A DNA stretch of 64,000 nucleotides from an uncultured Acidobacteriota bacterium (GCA_963827655.1 CAWHCF010000047.1:32001-96000); one strand, 5' to 3'. Numbered from the stretch's first letter, positions 40,838 through 54,644 are shown. Program-made: numbers and translations. The notes: generated by a model from the sequence alone, not told the origin.

Positions 40838-42321
40838 ATGAGCAAGAGGAAGAAAATCTGGATTGCTCTGGGTGGCGTGGCCCTGCTCGGGGTAGTCGCG
40901 TTCTTCAGCATCCGGGCTAACCGCAAGGACACCACGTCCGTCCAGACCTCACGAGCGGAGCGCCGGGAAACACTGAAGTCCAAGGTGGCCGCGAGCGGTG
41001 AAATCCGCGCCAAAGAGTTCGTCGACCTTCAGTCCGAGATCGCCGGCGTAATTATCGATCTGCCTGTGCGCGAAGGGGATCGCGTCAAAAAGGGCGACAT
41101 CCTGTTGCGCATCGATCCCATCTCGACCGAAGCCGAGACCTCGGCCACTCGGTCGCAGTACGAAGCGACGGTCTCCGATGTTCGGGGACAGGAGTTCCAG
41201 ATCCTCAATGCCGAGGCGAATCTGGCCCGCGACGAAGCCTCCCTCAGGTCGGCGCGCGCGGAACTGGAGCAGGCTGAGAATAACTTCAACCGAGTCGAGA
41301 CCAGTTACAAGCGCAAGCAGCAATTGCACGAAGAGGGCTTGATCTCGCGCGAAGACTACGAAATGGCCCAGAATGATGCCAAGACAGCAAGAACTCAGCT
41401 GGAAGTGGCCAGAGCACGCTTGGCTCAGATGGAAACGCAGATGCAGGTGGCCCGGAACAACGATTCAGCAGATGAAGTCCTCACACCAGGGCTCGGTGAA
41501 CCGTTCGAAAGCGATGGCCGCCAACCTGACGCGGGCCAAGGACCAGTCTTCAAAGACAACGCTGTATTCTCCCCTCACCGGAGTGATCACGCAGCTCCTG
41601 GTTGAAAAGGGGGAGCGAGCCGTACCGGGCATTCTGAGCAATCCTCAGGCCACTCTGATGACCATCGCCGACTTGAGCGTGATTCAGGCTGAACTGAAGG
41701 TCGACGAAACTGATATCGTGAACCTCGCGCTCAGCAATCAGGCACAGGTCAAGGTAGACGCTTTGCCCGATGCGGTTTTCGAGGGCGTGGTTACCGAAAT
41801 CGGCAACAGCCCTCTCAAAACCACTCAGGGAGCCAACCAGCAGCAGGAGGCCAAGGACTTCAAAGTGATTGTGACGCTGAAGGATCCGTCGCTGAAATTG
41901 AGACCCGGGATGTCCTGCACCGGTGATATAATCACCGACACCAAGCAAAACGTGCTCGTGGTTCCTATCCAGGCGCTGACGGTTCGTGAAGTGGAGGTCG
42001 ATAAAGAAGGTGTGTATCACGAACCCGATCTCAAGAAGTCAAAGGAGACATCGAGCGCGGTAGCGCAAGCAGACTCTTCGAAAAAGAAGCCGAAGAAGGA
42101 GCTCGAGGGTGTATTTGTCGTAAACAAGGAAAAAATAGCCAGGTTCCGTCCCAGTCAAGACCGGTATCACAGGGGATTCGGAAATGGAGATTCTCACTAA
42201 TCTCAAGGAAGGCGACGAGGTCATCTCCGGCAGCTTTCAAACGCTCCGAAGCATCAAGGATGGGACGGCAGTAAAAATCGACAACAGCATCAAGACAACA
42301 CAAAACGAAAAGAAGAGCTGA
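40838..42321 (+). CDS. Efflux membrane fusion protein (MacA/YknX-like); frameshifts near 41460 and 42152
   Basis: [45 protein letters not shown] across three frames. Confidence 0.88.
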
Positions 42322-42397
42322 GCCGTTTCTCGCGCCTTCTGTCGTGGGCTTGCTTGACGGCATTCACCACGCAGACACGAGACGCCAGGCCGATGTC

Positions 42398-43111
42398 ATG
42401 AGCGGAAGCAACCACGACAATAACATTCTTATCAAGACCGAAGATCTCTGGAAAACCTACCACATGGGGGCGGAAGAGATCCATGCGCTGAGGGGAGTCT
42501 CTTTCGAAATTCGGAGGGGTGAATATGTGGCGATCATGGGACCTTCCGGCTCCGGCAAATCAACCATGATGAACCTCATCGGCTGCCTGGACACCCCCAG
42601 CAAGGGGAAGTATTTCCTGAACAAGCGACTGGTTTCGGAAATGGACGATGATGAACTTGCCCATATCCGGAACAAAGAAATCGGATTCGTTTTCCAGACC
42701 TTCAATCTTCTGGCTCGTGCCACAGCCTTGCACAACGTCGAGCTTCCCCTGATTTATAACGGAACGCCCGCCGCGGAGCGGAAAGAACGAGCTATGAAAG
42801 CGCTGAAGTCCGTAGAACTGGGGGAGCGCATGTATCACAAGCCGAATGAGCTCTCGGGGGGGCAGCGACAGCGGGTGGCCGTCGCGCGCGCGCTGGTTAA
42901 CAATCCTTCCATCATTCTTGCCGACGAACCGACCGGGAATCTCGACTCTGCCACCAGCGCAGAGATAATGAACCTGTTAGACACACTCCATAAGCGCGGC
43001 AACACTATTGTCCTGGTCACGCATGAGCCGGACATTGCCGCCCACGCCCACCGGGTCATCCGGCTACTCGACGGACAGGTAGCCAGCGATGAAATCCTCC
43101 GCACAGCCTGA
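42398..43111 (+). CDS. ABC transporter ATP-binding protein (MacB/LolD/YknY type)
   Basis: [34 protein letters not shown]. Confidence 0.93.
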   Translation: MSGSNHDNNILIKTEDLWKTYHMGAEEIHALRGVSFEIRRGEYVAIMGPSGSGKSTMMNLIGCLDTPSKGKYFLNKRLVSEMDDDELAHIRNKEIGFVFQTFNLLARATALHNVELPLIYNGTPAAERKERAMKALKSVELGERMYHKPNELSGGQRQRVAVARALVNNPSIILADEPTGNLDSATSAEIMNLLDTLHKRGNTIVLVTHEPDIAAHAHRVIRLLDGQVASDEILRTA

Positions 43112-43186
43112 TCTTTCGAGGCTTCGCCCCTCTGCGGTGGGAACAAATCCCGCCGCCACGACGCGGGGATGCGCGCAAGCTGCGCA

Positions 43187-43952
43187 TCAGGCCATCAATA
43201 CGGAAATCCCTACTCGTATCACCACGTAGACGCCCCACAGAACCAAGACCACGGCGGCTGCTTTTCCAAGCTTTGTTCCCGCGACGGTAGAAAATCCGAG
43301 GGCAAGGAGGTAAATCGTCCAGAAGGAGAAGAGGTCGATTCTGGCCAGGAGGCTGTGAAGAAGGGGATTCGTCTTCTCGTCCACCGCCACCGCCGGATTA
43401 CTCGCGACATTCCTGCTGATGTCGATCACATCGAGCGAATCGGGTTCCTTGACCAGCATGAGAACAATGGCGAGAAGCGTCAGGATAATCGCCGGGCGGC
43501 GCCATCGCCCAGAACGTTACGGCCAGGGCTTTCTTGTACGTGAGCGACGCCCCCATCAAAACGAAAGCGAGCAGAAATACACCGGCCAGAAAAAGAAAGG
43601 CAATCAACAGGTTAACGGGGGCCAGGGCCACCTGCATATATTGCTGAAACGCACTTCGAGGCTGGGACAGAATCTTCTGGATCTGCTCCTCCGCCATGTT
43701 TTTCGTCAACGGATTCCATGTGAGCGCCTGTCTCATATAGGTCTCGTAGTCGACGCGTGTCACCGCCACGTACTGCCCTGCTATCACCACGAGGGCCAGC
43801 ACCACGAAGATTCCAAGCCAGGTGGGGCGTCGCTTGATTTCCTCGAAGACTTTCCCCGGTTCGAAGAAGATGGCGCTCAATCTCCCGAAGAGACCACTCG
43901 TCGGAACCTCCGGTGTTTCGTTGGGCGCCGCAGTTGCGGTGTCGACACTCAT
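43187..43952 (-). CDS. Yip1 family membrane protein; frameshift near 43495
   Basis: IFFEPGKVFEEIKRRPTW, IDLFSFW, multiple TMs over two ORFs. Confidence 0.8.
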
Positions 43953-43961
43953 GAGCACCTC

Positions 43962-44930
43962 TCAAAGAGTTTCCTGAGTATACAGGAAACAGGCAACCTT
44001 CGCATTCTCCGCGCACGCGCTGAGTGACGGGTATTCCTCACGGCAGCGGGGCATCACGCACGGGCAACGCGGATGAAAACGGCACCCGGGCGGAGGATCC
44101 GCAGCCGAGGGAATCTCCCCGGCCAGGACCGGTCTGGTCGCCTGCAACGGGTGGGTGAGAGCCGGCATACTCTGAACCAAAGCTTGACTGTAAGGGTGCC
44201 TGGGAGCCGTGAAAAACGAATCGGCCGGGGCGTCCTCTACGATTCGCCCGAGGTACATCACCGCAACTCGGGAGGAAAGGTAGTGGATCACGGGTAGCGA
44301 ATGAGAGATCAAGAGAATCGTGAGATCGTAGCGTTTCTGAAGCTCGGACAGCAGATTCAGGATCTGGGCCTGAACAGAGGCGTCCAGAGCCGAGACCGGC
44401 TCGTCGGCCACAAGAAGACGCGGTTTGAGTGCCAGGGCGCGAGCGATGACGATTCGCTGTTGCTGCCCGCCGCTCAGCGAACGGGGCAGACGTCCAGCAA
44501 GCGAGCCGTCCAGGGCCACGGCATCCATCAGCTCGCCGATCCACTTCTTTCTCTCGCGGCGCGTTCCCAACCCCTGCAGTTCGTATGGTTCCGAAAGAAT
44601 GGCTTCAACCGTCATTCGAGGATCCAGGGAGGCAAGCGGATGCTGGAATATCATTTGAAACTCGCGTCGTTTCTGCCGGAGCGATCTCGACGACAAGGAG
44701 CGCAGGTCAATGCCGTCGAAGACTATCGATCCCGAGGTGGGTTCGATCAGCTTGCAGGCGCACCGCGCCAGCGTAGACTTCCCACAGCCCGATTCTCCGA
44801 CCAACCCGAGGACTTCGCCGGGATATAGCTGGAGATTGACGCAGTCCACGGCCCTTATGACGCCGGACCTTGCGAACGCACCTGCCGGAAACTCTCTGGA
44901 CAAGTCTCGAATTTCAAGAAGAGGTCGCAT
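43962..44930 (-). CDS. Oligo/dipeptide ABC ATP-binding protein (OppF/DppF)
   Basis: GESGCGKST, LSGGQQQR, PRHPYS, PPPGCRFHPRC. Confidence 0.92.
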   Translation of the reverse strand: MRPLLEIRDLSREFPAGAFARSGVIRAVDCVNLQLYPGEVLGLVGESGCGKSTLARCACKLIEPTSGSIVFDGIDLRSLSSRSLRQKRREFQMIFQHPLASLDPRMTVEAILSEPYELQGLGTRRERKKWIGELMDAVALDGSLAGRLPRSLSGGQQQRIVIARALALKPRLLVADEPVSALDASVQAQILNLLSELQKRYDLTILLISHSLPVIHYLSSRVAVMYLGRIVEDAPADSFFTAPRHPYSQALVQSMPALTHPLQATRPVLAGEIPSAADPPPGCRFHPRCPCVMPRCREEYPSLSACAENAKVACFLYTQETL

Positions 44931-44990
44931 TCCGCGTACTGTACACACTCCCCTCATTAACCACGAAGCAGCCCAGAAACACCTGTTCCG

Positions 44991-45965
44991 CTATTCGGCT
45001 TTGATGCAGGCCGCCCAATGAGTTTCCGAGAGCGCCCGCGGGGGAGGGAAAGAGCGCGTGCATCGCTCCTCGGCGAGAGGGCACCGCGGCTCGAAAGCGC
45101 ACCCCGGGAACTCTTGTGCCGAGACTGGCGGAGTCCCGAAGATTTGAGGCAGAGGACCGCGATCGGCTCGGTGTTGAAGCGTCGGAAGACACTCCAGAAG
45201 CGCCCGCGTGTAGGGATGAGCCGGGTTGTCGAAGGTGTCTGCGGCCGTGCCGGTTTCGATCAGGCGTCCGTGATACATGACGGCCACGCGATCGGCCAGA
45301 CCCGCGACCATGGGAAGATCGTGACTGATCAAGAGCAGGGCCAGATGGTACCGGTGGGTCATTTCCCTCAGTAACGCCAGGATCTGAGCCTGAATGCTTG
45401 GGTCCAGCCCGCTGGTCGGTTCATCGGCAATCAGGAGGGCCGGCCGGTTGCAAATCCCAAGGGCGATTCCGAGTCGCCGGCACATCCCGCCCGAAAGTTG
45501 AAATGGGTAGCGTCCCATGTTCAATTCAGGGTCGGGAAATCCAACTTCAGCGAGAAGCTCGAGCGACTTTCGCCAGGCTTGTCGTTTTGCCAGATCCTGG
45601 TGGGCCCGGAGCGATTCCACCAGGTGCTCTCCGACGGTGAGCACCGGATTCAGCGCGCTCCGCGGGTCCTGGAAAACTATGCCAATCTTCCGGCCTCGGA
45701 TGCTCTTCCATTGCCGAGCTCCAAGCGAGCGAAGATTGAGTCCCTCGAACAAGATATCGCCGGATTCTATCCGCCGGCCACGATCCATGAGACCGAGCAG
45801 AGAGAGCGCGAGCGTCGACTTGCCGCAGCCGGTTTCACCGACCAGGGCGAGGATCTCACCCGCTGTTATCTGAAACGATATCTCGCGAACCGCGTAGACC
45901 GGCTCCTGAGCTGTCTGGTAGGAGACCTCCAGGCGTCGAACATCAAGCAGCGGCGAGACTCGCAC
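44991..45965 (-). CDS. Oligo/dipeptide ABC ATP-binding protein (OppD/DppD)
   Basis: GETGCGKST, FQDPRSALNP, YPFQLSGGM, HPYTRALL. Confidence 0.92.
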   Translation of the reverse strand: MRVSPLLDVRRLEVSYQTAQEPVYAVREISFQITAGEILALVGETGCGKSTLALSLLGLMDRGRRIESGDILFEGLNLRSLGARQWKSIRGRKIGIVFQDPRSALNPVLTVGEHLVESLRAHQDLAKRQAWRKSLELLAEVGFPDPELNMGRYPFQLSGGMCRRLGIALGICNRPALLIADEPTSGLDPSIQAQILALLREMTHRYHLALLLISHDLPMVAGLADRVAVMYHGRLIETGTAADTFDNPAHPYTRALLECLPTLQHRADRGPLPQIFGTPPVSAQEFPGCAFEPRCPLAEERCTRSFPPPRALSETHWAACIKAE

Positions 45966-46068
45966 GGCCTTTTGATTAGCGTTTCTTGGAGTCTTCGTGT
46001 CTTGGAGGTTCGTTTTTGTGCCCAACCACACAGACTCGAAGCGGTTGCGGCCGCAGGCCGCGCTGTGC

Positions 46069-47542
<1,474 letters not shown>

Positions 47543-47572
47543 TCTCCCTTCGTTTGCATCCTGGAGGAGCGG

Positions 47573-47914
47573 ATGAAGTTCTCGTCGCGGAAGGTAGGCG
47601 GGGTTATCATAATCGACATCGAAGGCAAGATCCTCATGGGAGAAGGTGATATCGAAATCAAGAAGTCAGTGGACGAGCTCCTTGCCCGCGGCGAGCGCAA
47701 TATTGTGTTGAACCTCGCGAAAGTTCCTTACATTGATAGCGCAGGCCTCGGCGAAATCATTCGCTGCTTTACGTCGATTCGCAAGAGCGGCGGAAGTTTA
47801 AAACTGCTATCGCCCAACCAGCGACTTATCGATCTCCTCAGCATCACCAAACTGGTGAACGTCTTTGATTGGTACAACGATGAAGCCTCGGTTGTGAACA
47901 GCTTTTCCTCTTAA
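47573..47914 (+). CDS. STAS-domain anti-anti-sigma factor
   Basis: VPYIDSAGLGE, LLSITKL; RBS GGAGG. Confidence 0.92.
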   Translation: MKFSSRKVGGVIIIDIEGKILMGEGDIEIKKSVDELLARGERNIVLNLAKVPYIDSAGLGEIIRCFTSIRKSGGSLKLLSPNQRLIDLLSITKLVNVFDWYNDEASVVNSFSS

Positions 47915-48034
47915 CGCCGCTTTGCGAGTTGCTGCTTGGCGCTTTCGCCCTGAACGGCGAACAGCGGAAGGACGCCACCAGAAGGGCGAGAGTTTTGTGT
48001 GACGGGGGTAATACAGCCCGGGCGGGTTTCGTAA

Positions 48035-49117
48035 ATGCACTGGTTCCAAGCCATCTTTTTTCTTCTTTCTCTGTCGCCTCCTTCAGTTCAGTCTTCCGAA
48101 GGAAGGTTTGTGTCCGAACACTTGCGGCTCAGAATCCCGGCGGACCGTGAATGGCTGGGAAGAGAGACGATCAACGATTTGGAGCGATGCTGGCGCTTCA
48201 TCGACGGCATTACCGGAGAACTGCCGCGCAGAATCATAGTCGAAGTCGCGTGGGACCGGCTCGAGAGTTCCGCGAACGTTTCCGAAGGAAGCATCACGAT
48301 CGGGATGGGGCATCCTGCCGCTCGCGCTCAGCTGAAAGCTTATCTTCTGCATAGCGCCGCGCGCGAAATGGCGCGGCTTGCGCTCGCGGAGCAGTCCCGC
48401 GGCGGCGCTTTGCGTGAAGATGTGCAGTTCCTGACAGAAGGAATGGTCGAGATCATCGCTCGCGAGTATCTCGGGCTGGGGAAATCGCTAGTCAGCGCAT
48501 GGGTTCTTGCCCATTTCCTGGACCGGACCAAGCCGCTGGGTCTGGCCACGCAATCTTCCGCCGCCTCAGCCTCGCGCGGCCGCCCCGATCTGCGCGCGGC
48601 GGCGCCTGGCATTACTTTTCTCCTGAGCTGCCGCGAGCTACACGGGCGCGAAAGAGTCGTAAAACTCTTTGAGGCTCTCAAGAAGGGAAACCTGGAGGAA
48701 GCGCTCACGTCAACTTTTAGAACCCCGGCCAGCGTACTGGAAGAGGCCTGGCTCAAGAAGCTGCGCAGTTATCCGGCGGTTGACGATCTCATTGTAACTT
48801 CCGCAGAGGACAGTCCGGTACTGCGTCAGACAACCTTCGTCCCTCCCTCGGGACGAAGGGGTAGCAACCTGGAGATGAGACTCCTGATTCAGGATAAAAC
48901 CAATGATCTCTCTCCCGGCTCGGTCTTTGTGGTGGACGAGGGTTCCAGCCGAGTGATTCAGGGTCGCGGGAGCGGGCAAAAAGAGGGAGAGTTCACGATC
49001 TTCCAGATTGCTGTTGACGAGAAGCGCCAACCTGGCAAGTATGGTTTCAGAGCATCTGCCGTAGATGACGCGGGTAACATCCGCCACTGGGATGGCGCGT
49101 ACACGATTGACGATTGA
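48035..49117 (+). CDS. Secreted protein, degenerate peptidase-MA-like domain plus Ig-like C-terminus
   Basis: Signal peptide; AAREMARLAL...FLTEGMVE echoes HExxH...EG; ends YTIDD* in a repeat. Confidence 0.6.
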   Translation: MHWFQAIFFLLSLSPPSVQSSEGRFVSEHLRLRIPADREWLGRETINDLERCWRFIDGITGELPRRIIVEVAWDRLESSANVSEGSITIGMGHPAARAQLKAYLLHSAAREMARLALAEQSRGGALREDVQFLTEGMVEIIAREYLGLGKSLVSAWVLAHFLDRTKPLGLATQSSAASASRGRPDLRAAAPGITFLLSCRELHGRERVVKLFEALKKGNLEEALTSTFRTPASVLEEAWLKKLRSYPAVDDLIVTSAEDSPVLRQTTFVPPSGRRGSNLEMRLLIQDKTNDLSPGSVFVVDEGSSRVIQGRGSGQKEGEFTIFQIAVDEKRQPGKYGFRASAVDDAGNIRHWDGAYTIDD

Positions 49118-49233
49118 CGATTTACGATTGACGATTTCAAAGAGGGGATGAAGTAGTCCGATTGGCTAATGCCAATGGACGATTTACAAGAGTGAAAGTC
49201 TGTATTTGACAATCGTCAATCGTCAATCGTCAA
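49103..49233. repeat. Heptamer inverted array between convergent genes
   Basis: (GACGATT)n at 49103-49137 and (AATCGTC)n at 49210-49233; both stop codons fall in the arms. Confidence 0.95.
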
Positions 49234-50198
49234 CGCTTCTTATTCTCCGTGACCCGGTCGATAGACTCTTTCAGTCCCGGTGAAGCCTTGAGGTCGTAGG
49301 CTTTCTTGTAGGCGTTGAGCGCAAGGTCCCACTTCTTCTGTTTCTCATAGACCAGGCCTATGCGCTGGAAGACCTCGGCGCTTTTGGGCATGAGCTCCAG
49401 CGCCTTGACTGAGAGCTTTTTCCGCTTCCGCTGTGTTGTTCTTGAAAAGGTAGGCCTCACCAAGGTTGTAGTAGATGAACCCGTCCTTGGGATTGTTTTC
49501 CCTGGCCTTGCCGAACAGGTCGATGGCCTGGTCATACTGCTTGGCCGACAGCGCCGCCACACCTTTCTTGAAATAAGATTTCGCTATGAATTCCGTGGTC
49601 GCGGTATGTCCCGGTTTTAGCGCCAGGGCTTTCTGCAGTGCCTGGATCGCGTCATCGTGGCGATTGAGGTGGTAGTTGGCGATCCCTAGCTGCGAGAAAT
49701 CGGTCCAGTCGTTCCCCTTGATTCGGATCGCATTCGTAAGTTCGCTCGGCGGCCTCGCTGTATTTCTCCATCCGATGGTAGGCAGATCCTCGCAGGTGAT
49801 GCAGCTTGTACTTGTCATCGTCGGACTTTGCGAATTGTTCCCCTTGATTAAGGGTCTGGATGCAATTGTCGAAGCGCTGCATGTTGAAGTGGGCCTGTCC
49901 CAGCCCCTGGTAGGTCGAAAATGAAGTCGATTTGAGTTGTACCGCGCGCGTGAGCGATGAAACCGCCAGCGCATTGTTCTTCAGACTCAGATAACTCAGC
50001 CCCACCAGCCGATGACCGAACTCCCAATCGGGATTCTGATCCAGGTCGGGCTTGAGCTCTTGGATCGCCTTATCGAAATTCCCCTGGTTATACAACGCGA
50101 CCGCCTGCTTGTAGTCTGCAAGCCCGACTCCGGTGGCGAAAGCCCAAGAGCCGCCGCGCCGACAGACCCAGTCTGCGCAGATGAAAAAACCTCTTCAT
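49230..50198 (-). CDS. Secreted tetratricopeptide-repeat protein (several frameshifts)
   Basis: Consecutive TPRs across ORFs 49652..50095, 49345..49974 and 49230..49562; RBS GGAGG at the start. Confidence 0.8.
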
Positions 50199-50424
50199 TT
50201 GCCGATTCCTCCAGCAAGGCCGCCCCGGTCGCAACCCCGCGGTCATGAGTAGTGACGGCTTTTGCCAACTTCATGAATTAAATAGAGTCCGCCTCCACGC
50301 CGAAGGTTTCAGGAAACACTTCAATCGGGGAGGGACGAAAACTGTTCCCGATGCCAGTTGTTAACTGTATCGACAAGCAGGCAGGCGAGTCAATATGGGG
50401 TGTCCGCGGGGTTACGGTGACCCC

Positions 50425-51801
50425 CTATGAGCGAGTCTTGATCTTCAGGCGCTTCAGCTTTTCGCTGAGGGTGGTGGCGTTTACGGAGAGCAGTTGCGAG
50501 GCCTTCTTCTGGTTCCAGTCGGTTTTTTCGAGCGCGGCCAGAATCAGCGACCGCTCGAAATTCCCTACCCGCTCCTTGAGGGGAAGGCCGTCTTCGGGAA
50601 AATCAACGGCCGAGTTGCTACTGCTGGTTGTGATGCTCTTGGGAAAGAGGTCGGCGGTGATAACGTCCCCGGGAGCCAGAACAACCGCGCGCTCAATCGC
50701 ATTCTCCAGCTCCCGGACATTGCCCGGCCAGTCATAGTCCATCAGGACTCTCATGGCTGCCGGTTCCATGACGCAATGTTCCTTCTGGTTCTCTTCGCAA
50801 TATTTCTTTGTGAAGTGCTCGACGAGCAGCGGGATATCCTCGGCACGCTCGCGCAGGCGCGGCAGTTTCACGACGATGACATTCAGACGGTAGAAGAGGT
50901 CGTCCCGGAAAGTTCCACGATCCACTGCCGATTGCAGATCTGTGTTGGTCGCGGCGATGATCCGAACATCGACCTTGATGTTTTCTAGACCGCCCAGCCG
51001 GCGAAACTCCCGTTCCTGTATGACCCGAAGGAGTTTTGTCTGCATTTCCATTGAAATGGTAGCGACCTCATCCAGGAATAGGGTTCCGCCATCGGCCACT
51101 TCGAACAGTCCCTTCTTGGCGCTGGTAGCTCCCGTGTAGGCACCTCGAACATGGCCGAACATTTCGCTCTCAAGCAGTTCGGACGGTATGTTGCCGCAGT
51201 TTATCGCAACGAACGGCGCCTCGGCCCTCCCGCTGGCAGCATGGATCGCCTTGGCCACGAGCTCTTTCCCGGTTCCACTTTCACCCTGCACCAGGATCGT
51301 ACTGCGCCGGGGAGCGACCTGAGTGATAAGATCGAAAACCTGCTGCATCGGGGCGCCTTTGCCGATGATATTCTTGAAGTTATAGCGCTCCTGCAGCGAT
51401 ATCTTGAGCCGTATGTTCTCCTCGAGCAGTCTGTGATGCTCCGCCGCGTTCTTCACGGCGAGGACAATCTCATCGTTCTTGAAGGGCTTGGTTATGAAAT
51501 CAAAAGCCCCGAGTTTGGTCGCCCTGACGGCCTTTTCGATCGACGCAAAGGCCGTGAGCACAAGGGTCACCGGGTTGTTTTCCATCTTCTTGAACTCTTC
51601 CAACACCCGGAAGCCATCGATGTCGGGCATCATCAAGTCCAGCAGCACAACGCTGTAGTCCTTCTCACGCACTTTCTCGAGCGCCTGGTTTCCCGTATGC
51701 GCGAAGTCGACCGAGTAGCTTTCGCCGGTCAGCAGAGTTGAAAGCACATCCCGTACGACCTCTTCATCGTCGACTATCAGTATCCGTCCGTTCTTACTCA
51801 T
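50425..51801 (-). CDS. Sigma-54-dependent response regulator (NtrC family)
   Basis: REC domain, GESGTGKE, GAYTGA, WPGNVRELEN, Fis-type HTH. Confidence 0.95.
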   Translation of the reverse strand: MSKNGRILIVDDEEVVRDVLSTLLTGESYSVDFAHTGNQALEKVREKDYSVVLLDLMMPDIDGFRVLEEFKKMENNPVTLVLTAFASIEKAVRATKLGAFDFITKPFKNDEIVLAVKNAAEHHRLLEENIRLKISLQERYNFKNIIGKGAPMQQVFDLITQVAPRRSTILVQGESGTGKELVAKAIHAASGRAEAPFVAINCGNIPSELLESEMFGHVRGAYTGATSAKKGLFEVADGGTLFLDEVATISMEMQTKLLRVIQEREFRRLGGLENIKVDVRIIAATNTDLQSAVDRGTFRDDLFYRLNVIVVKLPRLRERAEDIPLLVEHFTKKYCEENQKEHCVMEPAAMRVLMDYDWPGNVRELENAIERAVVLAPGDVITADLFPKSITTSSSNSAVDFPEDGLPLKERVGNFERSLILAALEKTDWNQKKASQLLSVNATTLSEKLKRLKIKTRS

Positions 51802-54644
51802 GACGCCGCTTGTGAGGCCTCCACGATGGGCAATTTGATTTTGAAATGAGTCCCCTTACCTGGAGCGCTATCCACGAAGATTCTCCCTCCGTGTTCCTGA
51901 AGGATTCCGTAAGTCACGGCCAAGCCCAAGCCGGTTCCCTTCCCGGTCGTCTTGGTGGTAAAGAATGGATCGTAGATCCGCTTGATGTTTTCCTGAGAGA
52001 TCCCGACTCCGGTGTCCCAGATGTCAATCATCACCATTGAATCATTCATGCCCGTCTTGACGTTTAAGGCGCCGCCTGCGGGCATCGCATCCTGTGCGTT
52101 CAGGAACAGGTTGACGAAAACCTGCTGCAGCTTACCGCCATTCCCGTAAACGCGTGGCAGCGCTCGATCGTATTCGGGTTCTACCGTGATGTGATTCTGG
52201 CGAAGCTGGTGCTCCAGCAGCGACAAACTCTCATGTATGAGCGTATTGATGTCGAGCTCCTTGAATTCACTTCCATTCATGCGCGCGAAATTCAGTAGTC
52301 CGTTCACGATCTCGGCCGCCCGGAAGGTCTGCTTCTCGATTTTCTCCAGTATGCGCTTGCGCCGGTCGGACTCGGGTGTTTCCTTGAGCAGCATCTGCGT
52401 ATAGCTTGAGATTCCGGTGATCGGAGTGTTCACTTCGTGAGCAATGCCGGCCGCAAGAAGCCCGATGGAAGAGAGTTTCTCTACCTGCAACAGCTGGTCT
52501 TCCAGCTGCACCTTCCGAGTGATGTCGTCCATGACAATGAGGCAGCCGGTAGTCTGATCGGTACTATCCATAATGGGAACAATACTGAGATTGACGATGA
52601 GCTTTTCGTCACGACGATTCTCCAGGTACAGTTTGAAAATATTGCTGGAGGTTTTCAGTTCCCACCCCTGCGTTCCCGTAACCTTCGCGATGGACGCAAT
52701 GACGTCCGGCGCAAGAAGATCTTCCACGCTGCGGCGATCTAACTGGTCGCGCCGTACCTGATATAGCTCCTCGAAGGCCCGATTGCAGGAAGTGATCCTT
52801 CCGCTCAGATCCAGGACCAGCACGGCAACGTTGATGCTTTCGATAATGTTCTCGGTGTAGATCTTGAGATGCTCGAGTTCGAGAGCTTTTACCTCGACCG
52901 AACGGTAGAGCCGGGCATTCTCCAGCGCGATGGCCGCATACCTGGCCAGCGCGGCCAGGAGATCCAGGTCCTCCGTCGAGAAATGCCCCTCGCGTGGAAG
53001 TTGCCCGAGGCCGATCAAGCCTATGCGGCGCCCGTGCAGGTTCAGATCCTGCATGTACTGCAGGCCAAAACACGCCATGCTCGCGTGGGCGCGATGCAAG
53101 TGGTCAGTTTCGCCGCTGTAATCCACGCTGAATGGCTGCCCTCGATCCAACAACTCCTCTTCGCGGAATGAAATGGGATCGTTGTCGCCTGATACGTCCA
53201 ATCCAAATTCGTCGGTAAGGCGAAAACATCCCGGCTGATATGGATCCGCCAGGAAGAGGGCCGCCCTGCGGATCTGAAATGTCTTCGACACGCGCTCGAG
53301 AATGCTGCGTGCCAACCGTCCCAGACTGATCTCGGTGTTGAGCGTCCGGGCGAATTCCAACAGGCTCGCCCGATCATCAAATTGTTCCTTGTAGAAAAAT
53401 CGATCGAGACGGGCCTGAATTGCATGGCGAACCGGCGCGAACAGCAGGGCGATGGCCAACGCCGCAACGCAGATCGCGATGAAATTAGCTTCCGGAGCCA
53501 CCCACTCGAGGGTTCTGCTCAAAACCAGGACAAACAATATATAGAGAGCAAGCAGGAGAGAGCTTGCTATGAAATAGGCGGCGCCGCGGCGAACGATAAT
53601 TTCCACGTCAAGCAGACGATACCGGATGACGGCATAGGCAAAAGAAAGCGGAATGAAGCAAAGAAAAAGCATCGACGCTTCCATGGCGAAGGTCGGACGA
53701 ACCCCGAGCAGCCAGGGAATCGCGTAAATCAGGCTGAAAAGCGCCATGCCGGCCAGAGTGCCGTAGCTGACCCATTTCATTTGCTGGCGCGTAGTCCAGT
53801 CGCGCGCTCCGGCTTGCCGCCTCCAGAGCAAGATGGCGCCGATGAGAAAGGACGCGCAAAAGTACACAAGCTGGACTCGCTCAAGGATTTCGCCGAACGG
53901 GCATCACGAGGCAGACCCACATCGACGAGCCGGCCCAACATCCAAAGCACCTGCACCACGCCCATGGCGATGGCCGGCGCATACAGCAGGGGCGCCCGGC
54001 TAGTTCCCTGACTTAACTCAACCGGGAATCTCATACAAAAATGGATGAACAGTGCGGGGAGCGCGAGAAAAGCGGCGACCGAAACGAAGTAGACCGTCCA
54101 GTCCAGAGCATCCAGCCTGGTCGTGAAGTGATAGAGATAGACGATGAAGGCGCAAAGGCAGATCAGGTAGAAGTGGAAGGCTCGCGGTACCCGGCCACGC
54201 CGTAAGATCACAAAAAGGCCGATTGCCAGGTGCACGAATGCGAGCACAACCCGCAGGCCATCGGTGGGGGTAATGAAGGCCTTGGAACGAATCTGGAGCA
54301 CGGCGTCGCGTTGGGAACCCGAAATCGGATCTTTGACACGGTAGACTGCTGCGCGTGTTCGCCCCCATTCGGTCCAGGATCTCATAGAACTCGCCAAGGT
54401 TGGCTATTTCATGGCCCTCCACCGCAACCAGGAAGTCCCCGGCTCGTATCCCCGCCACCTCTCCGGGTCCCTCTCGGGAAATCTCCGTTGCTCGAAGCGA
54501 CCCCCCATCCTCTTGCCAGAAAACGCCATCCCACGGCTCAACCCAGGAAGCCCGCGCGCGCAAGTTGAGGGCGCCGACAATCACCACAAGGGTGCTTATC
54601 AGGATAGTCGCCAACACTTTGAAGGGTACTGGAAACCTGTTCAT
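51798..54644 (-). CDS. Membrane sensor histidine kinase (PDZ, multi-TM, GAF, PAS, HisKA); frameshifts near 53870 and 54350
   Basis: GPGEVAGIRAGD (PDZ), TM bundle, AAIALENARLY, AHEVNTP, DPFFTTK, GTGLGL. Confidence 0.9.
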
